From contig CBFFRP010000034.1 of the NCBI GenBank assembly GCA_965644295.1, positions 1-64,000 on the forward strand: a stretch of 64,000 nt of DNA, given 5' to 3'. The stretch is from Paraphysomonas bandaiensis (lineage: Eukaryota > Protista > Chrysophyceae). The notes below the pieces were generated by a model that had not been told where the DNA came from, did not search any database, and saw nothing but the letters and a program-made list of their open reading frames with translations. Position numbers and translations under genes: made by a program. Below, in pieces: positions 26,701 through 36,617 of this stretch. Position 1 is the stretch's first letter, and each line of letters starts with the position of its first letter.

Positions 26701-27253
26701 TGAAAATCGTGATTACTACTGTGACTTAATCGAGCACTATCGACTGCACGAATTTGATGCCCAGGCCGCTGCTGTGCGCCGAGGTCTAGCTGCAATGCTT
26801 CCTTACCGCCTGTTGTCGCTATTTACATGGGACCAGTTAGAGGAGATGGTCTGTGGAAGGCCAATTATTGATGTCGCTCTGTTACGATCTGTGACAGAGT
26901 ATTCCTCGTGCTCTTCGACTGATGAGCACGTTCAGTACTTCTGGCAAGCGATGGAGGAGTTTACTAACGAAGAGCGATCAATATTTATTCGGTTTACGTG
27001 GGGGAGGTCCAGACTTCCACTCACTGCGGACGCCTTCCCTCAGCGGTTCAAGCTGCAGAGCTTTGGGAAGAGTCCACCAGATGCATACCTTCCGGTCGCA
27101 CATACTTGCTTCTTTAGTCTCGAATTGCCGCGATACAGTACGCTGGAAATAATGAAAGAAAAACTTAGGTATGCAATTTTCAACTGCCAGGCGATAGATG
27201 GAGACGATACCAGTGTTGGTATGCAGGCTGCCTCTATGGGGTGGGAGGACTAA
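11756..27253 (+). CDS. Giant HECT-type E3 ubiquitin ligase (~5,000 aa) with discoidin-like, ILEI/PANDER, ~6 CUB-like, 2 MIB/HERC2, 2 LamG/ConA-like, SH3-like, SPRY and HECT domains
   Basis: 4,829-codon ORF with HECT motifs FMGERAHDAGGPYRE and LPVAHTCFFSLELPRYS (catalytic Cys at 27107-27109) and MIB/HERC2 VVRGPTWDWGDQDGG. About four small 5' exons start at MGNVLD (11756). Intron 12584-12632 joins in frame to the final exon 12633-27253. Confidence 0.93.
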
Positions 27254-27480
27254 GATGTTCTACGACTTAGGTCAGCGGTGAAATCATAGTCACAATGTGT
27301 GTTGCAACTAAGCGTAATTCTATTTCAAGTGTAGTCATGTAAATGCTTCATAACTGCCCACCTATAATAACGAGAAATGTTGCGGCCTATATTGTATGCT
27401 CTGAGATAATTTAGTGGGTAAGTTTTCATGAAAAGTAGTATATAATGTAGATAGGGAAGTACCATTAGGATAAGGGTTTC

Positions 27481-28140
27481 CAGGGCTGCGAAACAGTTGT
27501 CAATTAATTGACGCAGGTTGTGTCGATTATAATTGCAATTTTTTCTTACTGTCTCAGTTAATTGATACCAAACTACGTATATACTAAGTAGCTATACGTT
27601 AGCTGCCAACATAGCTTTTTCAACTGTAATTTTATTCCAAAGGTGACGTTTAATGAGTAAAAACGTAAGTAATTCTAAATGCTGAGTAGTCATCAGTCAT
27701 AACAATATCTGCTCTACTGAATAATCTTTCAACATTATTCGTTGTGGCATCAGCAAGTGCTTCATGCTGCGGTATCGAGTTTTCTTGTGAAGGTGTGCTC
27801 GCTTCGGCTGAATTATCATAATTCAAACGTTGCGCTGTGTTGTCATTCTGTACTCTACTCTCACTGTCATCACCTTCTTCATCCCCATTGAGCAAAAACA
27901 TTTTAATTTAATTCATTTCCGTCCGGGTAAGGCTTCGTTGCCACTTTGAACGTTCACGACTGCCTTTTCGTAAGCAGCGTTATGAATAATAGAAGCATTG
28001 TCGCCCAGATTATGCTCGACAATCGGGTGCCTATTTTTGAGTTCGTCAAACAATGTACAAACGTCGTGGAGATCGAGCGGATGAGCGCCTTCTTTCTGTA
28101 GTTCTATTAGAACACACTTAAAGAATTTCAAATCGTCCCG
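27481..28140 (-). mobile_element. hAT-like transposon remnant (3' terminus and transposase C-terminal fragments)
   Basis: Terminus CAGGGCTGCGAAACAGTT; fragments LDLHDVCTLFDEL...LGDNASIIHNAAYEKAVV and TTNNVERLFSRA resemble hAT C-terminal/dimerisation regions. Confidence 0.7.
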
Positions 28141-28510
28141 AAACTGCCCTGCTGGGCGTACTCCATATCACTTGATAGTAACTAGTTAGTAGAGTTACAA
28201 CATGATGATGGAAACCCAAAAACATGAATATCGAACATGAGTAGCGTTCTTCGTTGAAGGTAATTATCATAATTGTTCGATATTATAAGAATATATGACT
28301 TAAGTGATTACGAAGAGTAATATATGATTCATCAAATCTATTTTCAAAGACACACGAGCACAATGAACAATACATACCAATACGTTGCAATATATATCGA
28401 GGCCAAACTTTGCTAAAAATAATAAATATATAGTAGCCAGCAAAAATAAATAATAGCAATATTCTATAGAAATAATATATTGCAATCCAATATATTTTTA
28501 CCTGGCCCTG

Positions 28511-29441
28511 CTTATCGCCACTTCAATATTTTTCCATTTCCGCATCTTTGATGCTTCCGTCCACACGTCCCATTTTTAGCTGTATATGTTATCATATGTG
28601 CTAAACAGTACGGCATCTACACCCTCCAACGTTTCACCAAACCATCGAATATGCCAGTTGATCTGTGCGTCCATCAAACTGTATTTGTGAGGTAAACATG
28701 GCAACTGCTTATCGAAAACAAGGTGCCCCACTGGAACTTCCTGGAGAAGGTTGTAATCAGCGATCATGCGGAGTATCCTGTCAAGGTGCCCTCAAGAGCC
28801 ATTAATTCATACCTATCAAAGGACGCTGGACAAAGATTGTTCACAGCGTGCAGCATGACTCGATAAAGCAACTCGATTGTACCAGGCACAATTTGGCTTA
28901 CGACTAATATGAAATTTTCCATGTATTGCGCCAGTTTAACATCTTGCTGGTTCTCACCATGAAACTTTGCAATACTTTCATTCACTCGTGCGATGTCTAT
29001 TCCAGACTCGTGACACCAAGGGTCATACATCGAGTCATAAAACATCGCTAACTGCTAAAAAGGCTTCAGAAATTATGATGCGAAAAGCTGGATCTTCGTA
29101 ATAGAGACTCGGAAGGGCGGGTATACCAACTAATTCATTGGAATTCACGTAACCATCTCGAAGTGAAGTTAACGTCCTTTCTATACACCCCCGCTGCGGA
29201 GAAACAACTGGAGTATACCTTCCTCACTACACTCCCCAAATTCAAACAATTCAAGCATGTTGACAAACTGATTTTTTCGTCGAACTGGGTGCACATTGAG
29301 TTCTGTGTAGACACTGTCGCTGAGAGAAGTATATTCGTCAAAGCCATATGCGTCGGGGTACAGAGCCCATCGGACAATGTTTCAACTTGCACAGGCCGCT
29401 ATATGCCAAAACAGTTCATATCTTTACCCAGTAACACTATT
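28511..29441 (-). pseudogene. Truncated duplicate of the decayed ORF at 39606-41460
   Basis: Identical ORF fragments, cut by the duplication junction. Confidence 0.5.
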
Positions 29442-31031
29442 CTGTTGGACCTACAGGCTCGGGTGCTGTTGTGGAGATGCCTCTACCTAGTGATCAACCA
29501 CTGCATCTGGCAGTCAGTCTAGGAAATACTGGGGACTCTCTGCAGTATGTAGAATCTATACCGCCTGTAATTGCACCTATCACCACAGTCTCAGCGCTGA
29601 CATCAGCATCATCAGACATGCCGGACTGGTTTCTTCCAATCAGAGAAGCGGTTATGCTGTTGCGCTCGTGCTCAGCACGTGAACTGCCGGCGTCCGTATT
29701 TAGCCGTGAATTTGTCCCTATGTGTGAGGAAAAGGCCCAGGTTGTAATAGAGAGTACACATCCATTCAATTCTGCGCCGTTACAGAGAACCATTGTCATT
29801 CCTGGCGCAGAGAGTCTTACAGTGCGGTTTGACAGTGCGACGAAGATGGGGACGAGAGATATCATCCGGATTCAGGGACCACTCATTAGGGGAGAGCGAC
29901 AGAAATTTGAGTACACTGGATTAGTTGGGGGCTCCGTTGTTTCCAAATCTGCTGTTAACACAATTTCTGTTTCTGACAAAGTGGTTCGGGGTCCGACATG
30001 GGACTGGGGTGATCAAGACGGCGGCCCAGGCTCTTACGGTGAAGTATTAGAAGTCACAACGTGGAAAGGGAAACCGAATGCAGGCGTCACGGTCAAATGG
30101 AAAGACACCGACTTTGTTGGTTTATATAGATGGGACTTTGAGGGATTCTTTGATTTGTTGGTGGTAGGTCAGTCGGAAAAGTCTATGAACCCCCTTAATA
30201 TTAGCGGAGACACTCTTGATATTGAAGTTCAACCTAGTTGTGATGAGTCAAGTACATTACGGATCCCAAAGGTGGAGTGGGCTGGTGCTCTTTATTTTAA
30301 TGGCACATCATCTCATATAGAGATCCCGTCTTCAAACGATATTGAGTTAACTAGTGATCTAACTGTGGAAGCGTGGATTAAAGTGGCAACCAATATTCCG
30401 TCTACAGTCGATTTCCTTCCTGTCTTGACACGTCAGATAGAATTGGATGGGATAAAATCCCAGTTCAGTCTACAATTGGGGTTTCCTGGTGAGTGTGGAA
30501 CAAATACATTGGTTATGCATGCAACGAACGTAGAAATACAGCCCGCAATCCACGTCCACGGTGGAAACATTACTCCGGGACTGTGGACACATATAGCTTG
30601 TGTGGTTATGGGATCTGTATCTGCCCTATTTGTGAATGGTACGCTAGTTGGCTCAACAAACACTATCACAGGAACTAGACTAGGTGCTTTGGGTGCACCT
30701 TTATATGTTGGCAAGTCAGCCGACAGCCGGTTTTTCAAGGGTAATATTTACGATATTCGCATTTTCAACATTGGTCGCTCCATTGATGTTATTCAGGCGG
30801 AAAAAGGCACACCACCTGCAGCTGATACACCAGGTCTGATATCTCATCTTGGCACCCACCAATCATCTGTGACCGATTTAGTATTCGATGCAGTTAGATC
30901 AGAAACTCCGTTGGCTGCGCCAGATGTCATGTGGGACTCGGCCGTTGAACCCAACGTTCTTCCAGCTGGCGCGAACTATGGGTACAAGTGCATCGTTACT
31001 CCAACGTTCTCGCTGAACACTGTCCTGCACA
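29442..31031 (+). pseudogene. Promoterless internal fragment of the HECT gene (CUB-like/MIB/LamG region), fused to an LTR-encoded tail
   Basis: The 541-aa ORF is identical to the parent up to ...LNTVLH, then reads MSRIPVVTVIRGVIRCYTAVL* from the LTR. Confidence 0.9.
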
Positions 31032-31420
31032 TGTCACGCATACCTGTAGTTACTGTTATACGTGGAGTTATACGGTGTTATACTGCGGTACTCTAGGTAG
31101 CATGCTGTTGTACTTTCATTTTCAGTTTATTTAGTATACATTGCGGTTACTGTATTCTTGAAGGGATATAAGTCCCGTATATGTACAAGTATGATACTGT
31201 AAACTGTAGATGATTCACAGCAAGATAGAGTGTTGTATGATTTCACTTTCTTTCTTTACACGTTTTAACGTAATTTAATTCATTCTATACTCGCGGTTTG
31301 CTTGTGTTAGGAGGCAGTTTCACCGGTTTGGTGTTCTGGACAGTGTATTCTCGGTTTGGGAAGCACTTTAAATTCATATAAAACGTTGTAAACACGGTCT
31401 TTCTCATCAGAAAGATTACA
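31032..31420 (+). repeat. 5' LTR of copy B
   Basis: TGTCA...TTACA; three GTTATAC repeats at 31055-31083; TATAAG at 31167. Confidence 0.97.
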
Positions 31421-31432
31421 GTATTAATACTT
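31421..31432 (+). promoter_or_regulatory. Candidate self-priming primer-binding site GTATTAATACTT
   Basis: Abuts the LTR, lacks the TGG of a tRNA PBS, and is complementary to LTR 31187-31197 with one G:U and one bulge. Confidence 0.55.
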
Positions 31433-31477
31433 TAGTCGGATAGAAAGAAACATTGTTTATTTATATTATTGTCGACT

Positions 31478-32116
31478 ATGAGTTCGGAAGAAGAGGTTTC
31501 AAAGATTATGGAGTTCCTTCAGCAGCGGTTTGCTGAACAAAATGAACAGTTTGCTGAACAAAAGCAGCGGTTTGCTGAACAACAAGAGCAGCTGAACAAG
31601 CGTTTTGAGTCCATCGATCTTCATTTCGAAATGTTCGAACAAAGATTGCAGCAGTTGGAGTCTCGACGTTCCTCAAGACGAGCGATTCCAGTTAATTCAG
31701 ATCTACTTCAGACCAGAACCGATGAGAACTGTATTGTGCAGAATGTTGTCAATGATATGTTGGAATTTGTTGAGCAGCAGGACGTTCAGTCAGAGTCATT
31801 CGAGGCTGAGATTTTTGTTGATAATTCTCAAGTTGTTATGCAGCATGTTGCCATTGATCCTGAAATGGTAATTCCAAATTCCTTTGGAAAAGAGACTACT
31901 GCCAATGATGCTACAGATGTAATCGAGCGCATGTCAGTCGTACCTTTTTCAGTGTTCAATTATTCGGTGTTTGAATATTCCTTGTTTATGCTGATAAAGC
32001 AAGATGCAGCTTGTTACGTTTTTCAGTTTCTTACGTTGAACAAGAGTTTGAGTTTATTGCTTTCAAATCTTGTGTTTATTGCGGAGCATGGGCCAGGGCC
32101 GCCATTAATTCAGTAA
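31478..32116 (+). CDS. ORF1 of LTR element copy B (~212 aa, coiled coil; Gag-position ORF of unknown function)
   Basis: Three 21-bp tandem units encoding xxFAEQx; conserved open in both copies. Confidence 0.6.
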   Translation: MSSEEEVSKIMEFLQQRFAEQNEQFAEQKQRFAEQQEQLNKRFESIDLHFEMFEQRLQQLESRRSSRRAIPVNSDLLQTRTDENCIVQNVVNDMLEFVEQQDVQSESFEAEIFVDNSQVVMQHVAIDPEMVIPNSFGKETTANDATDVIERMSVVPFSVFNYSVFEYSLFMLIKQDAACYVFQFLTLNKSLSLLLSNLVFIAEHGPGPPLIQ

Positions 32117-34742
32117 GTTCAATTCCAAATCCAGCAAGTGTCTTTTGTTTCAAAGTTCATCTTATTATTTATGATGATGCAATATTTATCATGGTTTTAT
32201 TCATTTTATTTCGGAATGGATTGAGGTTGTTGTGAGCCTTACCGTTGTGATGGGAGTTACAATATGGGAGTTCTGAGTTTTTGAGAAGTGTGATCCATAT
32301 TCAATAATGTCTAGTTAAAATTATGCTCAATAGTCCTGTGTGATACTGACTACTACGAGAGAATAATTCGGTTTTAAGTTCAATGTATAAGAATGGGTTT
32401 CAGTGAATTTATCAAGTTTCAATGAATGACAGTATTGTCTGAGATTGGTAAAAAGTCTGCAAAGAGTTGTTCAATATCAATGGTATGGTTTCAACATCAA
32501 TGGCAAGCAATTATTGTTATAGTTTTGCAAGGGTCATGTATGGTTTGGATAAGTTTTGCAATACTATATGATTCATATACGAAAGTTTAATTTCAGAGGA
32601 AGTAAACAGTTTTTAATGAACGCGATTGCCTCTATGTGAACAGAATGTAAATTTTGATGTTGTAATTTCAGTATGAGGAAAGTATATTTGGAGCAATATG
32701 TTTTCAGTGTGCTTTGCATTTTGTATTAAAGAGAATGAATGGAAACAGGAAGGAGTTTGAGATATTCATTGTCTTGTTGATGGTTATAAAATGGTTACTC
32801 AGTTTTTTGGATCTGCAATGGGATTGAATTTGAATATATGGTATCCATAAATGCAACGAATTAACTTGTCTAAATTCATGGTTAGTTGTTGATTGAAAGT
32901 TGTTCGAAATTGAAGTTTCTGTTACGTTGAAGTGAATATGGTTCAGTGATACAACATGTCAATGAAATTTTGAAAACTTTGTCGCTGGTATTTTTCAATT
33001 GTTCGACTGTATTATGCATCGGGTATGAGATCGATGGTTAAGTGTCAATGATATTTGGAGGTATGGTGTTGATAATACTATTGCATGCGAAAGAATTATA
33101 TATGCTAGTGATGGTTAACTTCGAGACTAAAAATGGGAGTTATTACTTTGCGAGCTTGTTGTTATTTCAGTTGATATTTCTATTGTTGGATTCTTTTCAA
33201 TGAGATTGCGTTGAGTGGATCATTCTATTGTTTACAATATTATAATGTTGTATCTGAGGGAAATCGTTACGTATGGTTACTGAAATATAAGACCAGTGCA
33301 CTATGTTCGTATATATTCAGAATGAGATGAATGATGTTTTGATTGGGGTGGTTATTGATTGGTCCGTCCGGTGATATTTTCATTAATCAAATATTGTTTC
33401 GTTCTAAAATCGAGAGGATGAATTACAATTATTGTACAAAATAAGATATGTCAAAGTAGAGTTTGGTGCACAAATATTTGTATGATGGTTGTTGATTACT
33501 TTTCAGATTCAGTTGTCAAAACGGGTTATAAGACACTTACGGTTTTCAGTTGTGTGTGTCTTCTTGAAAAGGTTGTACGAGAGATTTGAGACAATATTAT
33601 GGTATTATTACATTGGTTGAAAAGATTTGAGAAGTTTGGAGTCTTGATATTTCAAAAGCGGAGCATGTTCGATTGTTCAAACTTGATTTATTTGTTCGAT
33701 ATTCGGAATGTGTGAACTTCTTGTTGTTCATGTTTAAAATTCGAGATTCGAGGTTGTATATTATGGAATTAAAGAAGTGTGATTGTGAATAATATGGAAA
33801 GTATTATTCTTGGTGTTTCTTTGGTGGGTAATTCTTAATTTTGATGCAAAGTTCTACATTCAAAGTTACAACGGTGTCAGTAATGTTGATGATGAGTTCA
33901 AGTGTTGAAATCAAGTTGAGGAGTTGTTGGAGTGAATTTTCTTGTAATGTTTGGAGAGTGCTTTGAGTTGATTTTCAACTTACGAATATGATTTTGTGTT
34001 AGAATGTTGCAAGAATCAAATCTTTGAATTGAGTTTACGAGAGTTGATGAGTCTATATTAAGTTCCGGATGATGAATTGAGTCGATGTGAAGTTTGTGCA
34101 GTTAAGGTTGTTAATATTATGGATTAAAATTCAGAATAGTGGAGTGATTAAGTTCCTTTTGTGAACTCGCTTCTATTGTTTATGATGAATGAAATAAGAG
34201 TTTTACAACGTTGTTGTAGTATGTCTGGTTACAACAAGGTTTATGCTAAGACTTGCTCAACTTGGCTGTTACGAGTATTTGGTGGAATGTTATTCAGTCC
34301 TAAGGTTAGTGTCTCTCTGATTTACTTCGGACTTGTATTCACGGATATTCAATTGTGTCTAATGGCGGGTGAAATGAACAAGTGTTTGAGTTGAAGCGTA
34401 TTTCCTGCAATTGAATTGCGTGAAGGTTATGATGATCAAATACTTGTGGTTAATGTCATTGAGTGCGGAATCTATTTACATGACCATTAGTGGCTCTACG
34501 TAATTCTCATTTGGTTATATACTGGATATATAAGGCAAAGGTTAATCCAAAATCTTATGAGCATTTGAGAATTCAGTATCTTTTAATTTCACTGTGGTAT
34601 TCTATTTAACTACAAGTGAATTCTGTGGTTGAAGCGAGGATGCAATTTGTCATGTTAAGTTTTTCCTGACTTGAACTACAGAGATTGATGTTAAGGCGTT
34701 ATCCGAGGGCTTATCTTGCTATTGTGTGGATGGTATTAGTTT

Positions 34743-35966
34743 TTGAATCTACTGCTATTATTGGTCTTCGTGAGTGCTGAGTTCTATGAGGAGTTTCTAT
34801 TGAAGTGGTTTGAAGTTCGATTTCGAGTGTCATTAACTAATCGACATGAGTCCAACATGGTCGAGCGATCTCATCGAGAGCTGTTGCGATTTCTACAGGG
34901 TTTAGTCCACGATGAGAGGTTGCAAGATTCATGGGGGGATATTGAGTGTTACATGTTGATTCAGTTCATTTTGAATGATGAAGTCAGTAGTGAGACTGGA
35001 CTCTCTCCTTTTCAATATGTGTTTGGTACCGTTGATATTCCATATTTTCGTTTGGGTGAACTGACTATGGATGAATCTTCTGCTGCGGGTTATGTGTCTA
35101 TTTTGAATGAGAACTTACAGAAGATTCGAGCGGTTGCCATGGATGTTCAGCGCAAAATCCAAGACAAGCGCAAGTCTGCCACGCCTACACACACTTTGAA
35201 TGAATATCAACCTGGTGATTTAGTTTTGTTGCGGCTGGATCCAACTCAACATAAGCCCAGTAAATTGTACCCTCGTTTCAAAGGTCCTTACGAAGTGATT
35301 TCCACGTATAAGGCTGATGTCACATGCATGCATGTTGTGATGCGTTTTGAAGTTGTGCTGCACATGTCATGGCTCAAACCGTTCTTTGGTACGCCCGAGC
35401 AGGCATATCGTGTTGCGCAAATTGATTTTAACCAGTATACTGTGGTTGCTGTGATTGCATACCGAGGAGATCCGGAGGTTCGTTCTCGAATGGAATTCCA
35501 AGTTCAGTTTGAGGATGGTTCGTTATTATGGCTTCCATGGTCACAGGATATTGCTTCCACCTCGCAATTTCAGTCGTTCTGTGAGCAGAAACCTCAATTG
35601 TTCCCTCTGTTGTTTTCTGCTGCTATGGCAAAATCTGAACGTGCACGTTTGAAACGTATACCTATCGAAGGGGTGTCACCTGGTCAAACAATTTATGTAG
35701 ATTTGCGTGCATGGGGTTCAGATTTCTATGATGAACTTAATCTGCCGAATTGTTATACAACGATGTATGTTGTCGAATGTTCTTATGTGCGGTGGGCTGG
35801 CCGTCGCCAGTTACGTATAGACCTCTATTGCCCGTTGTTTCAATCTACATATGAATGGAGTGCCTATGACGTTCACTGCTATGGTCGAGTCACGGAATTT
35901 GATCCTTCTACTATGGTATTGGTGGATGCTGCATTCTGCCAACAATATCCTAATATTCTCCTCTAA
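34743..35966 (+). CDS. Truncated Gypsy integrase C-terminus, GPY/F motif, chromodomain-like domain and ~100-aa unknown tail (first ATG at 34857, 369 aa)
   Basis: HESNMVERSHR (third catalytic residue helix), ETGLSPFQYVFG, YQPGDLVL, KLYPRFKGPYEV, YTVVAVIAYRG...MEFQVQFEDGSLLWLPW. Confidence 0.85.
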   Translation: MNLLLLLVFVSAEFYEEFLLKWFEVRFRVSLTNRHESNMVERSHRELLRFLQGLVHDERLQDSWGDIECYMLIQFILNDEVSSETGLSPFQYVFGTVDIPYFRLGELTMDESSAAGYVSILNENLQKIRAVAMDVQRKIQDKRKSATPTHTLNEYQPGDLVLLRLDPTQHKPSKLYPRFKGPYEVISTYKADVTCMHVVMRFEVVLHMSWLKPFFGTPEQAYRVAQIDFNQYTVVAVIAYRGDPEVRSRMEFQVQFEDGSLLWLPWSQDIASTSQFQSFCEQKPQLFPLLFSAAMAKSERARLKRIPIEGVSPGQTIYVDLRAWGSDFYDELNLPNCYTTMYVVECSYVRWAGRRQLRIDLYCPLFQSTYEWSAYDVHCYGRVTEFDPSTMVLVDAAFCQQYPNILL

Positions 35967-36202
35967 TTGTTGATTACTTTTATTTATTTATTTAATATCT
36001 CATGCTTATATCACATATATATATTATAACATTCATACTATTATTCATACTTATTATCATAATATTGCTCTACGTATGTTTATTACTTTTATTTCATGAA
36101 TTGGATTTTTATTTGCTAATGCTTGGAATGACGCTTTATTGGCTGATACAAGTATTATTTCTATTTATCCCAGATATGTATTCCTATTTCTTTTCTCTAG
36201 CT

Positions 36203-36219
36203 GGAGGGAGAAGGGGTAG
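36203..36219 (+). promoter_or_regulatory. Polypurine tract
   Basis: GGAGGGAGAAGGGGTAG immediately 5' of the 3' LTR. Confidence 0.9.
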
Positions 36220-36608
36220 TGTCACGCATACCTGTAGTTACTGTTATACGTGGAGTTATACGGTGTTATACTGCGGTACTCTAGGTAGCATGCTGTTGTA
36301 CTTTCATTTTCAGTTTATTTAGTATACATTGCGGTTACTGTATTCTTGAAGGGATATAAGTCCCGTATATGTACAAGTATGATACTGTAAACTGTAGATG
36401 ATTCACAGCAAGATAGAGTGTTGTATGATTTCACTTTCTTCTTTTACACGTTTTAACGTAATTTAATTCATTCTATACTCGCGGTTTGCTTGTGTTAGGA
36501 GGCAGTTTCACCGGTTTGGTGTTCTGGACAGTGTATTCTCGGTTTGGGAAGCACTTTAAATTCATATAAAACGTTGTAAACACGGTCTTTCTCATCAGAA
36601 AGATTACA
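36220..36608 (+). repeat. 3' LTR of copy B
   Basis: Direct repeat of 31032-31420. Confidence 0.97.
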
Positions 36609-36617
36609 CACAGTGAT

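Larger units (their letters stand above)
23928..29441 (+). repeat. Tandem segmental duplication, unit 1 (5,514 bp)
   Basis: Repeated at offset +5514 before the LTR insertion and +11095 after it; no differences noticed and the ORF tracks are identical. Confidence 0.95.
31032..36608 (+). mobile_element. Full-length (5,577 bp) non-autonomous Ty3/Gypsy chromovirus-derived LTR retroelement, copy B
   Basis: Two 389-bp LTRs (387/389 identical); 4-bp TSD CACA (31028-31 and 36609-12; empty site at 25514-17); PPT; integrase C-terminus and chromodomain; no recognisable PR, RT or RNase H. Confidence 0.97.

Noticed and set aside
27481-28510. Single element bounded by CAGGGC...GCCCTG
   Set aside because: Only 6 bp of inverted match and no TSD (AGGGTTTC vs CTTATCGC); probably ends of two different elements.
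31027-31031. 5-bp TSD GCACA
   Set aside because: The right flank reads LTR-TTACA then CACA-GTG, and the LTR end is fixed by the 5' LTR, so the TSD is 4 bp.
36002-36322. Hydrophobic 106-aa ORF as an env-like gene
   Set aside because: Low-complexity AT-rich 3' UTR running through the PPT into the LTR; hydrophobicity follows from T-richness.
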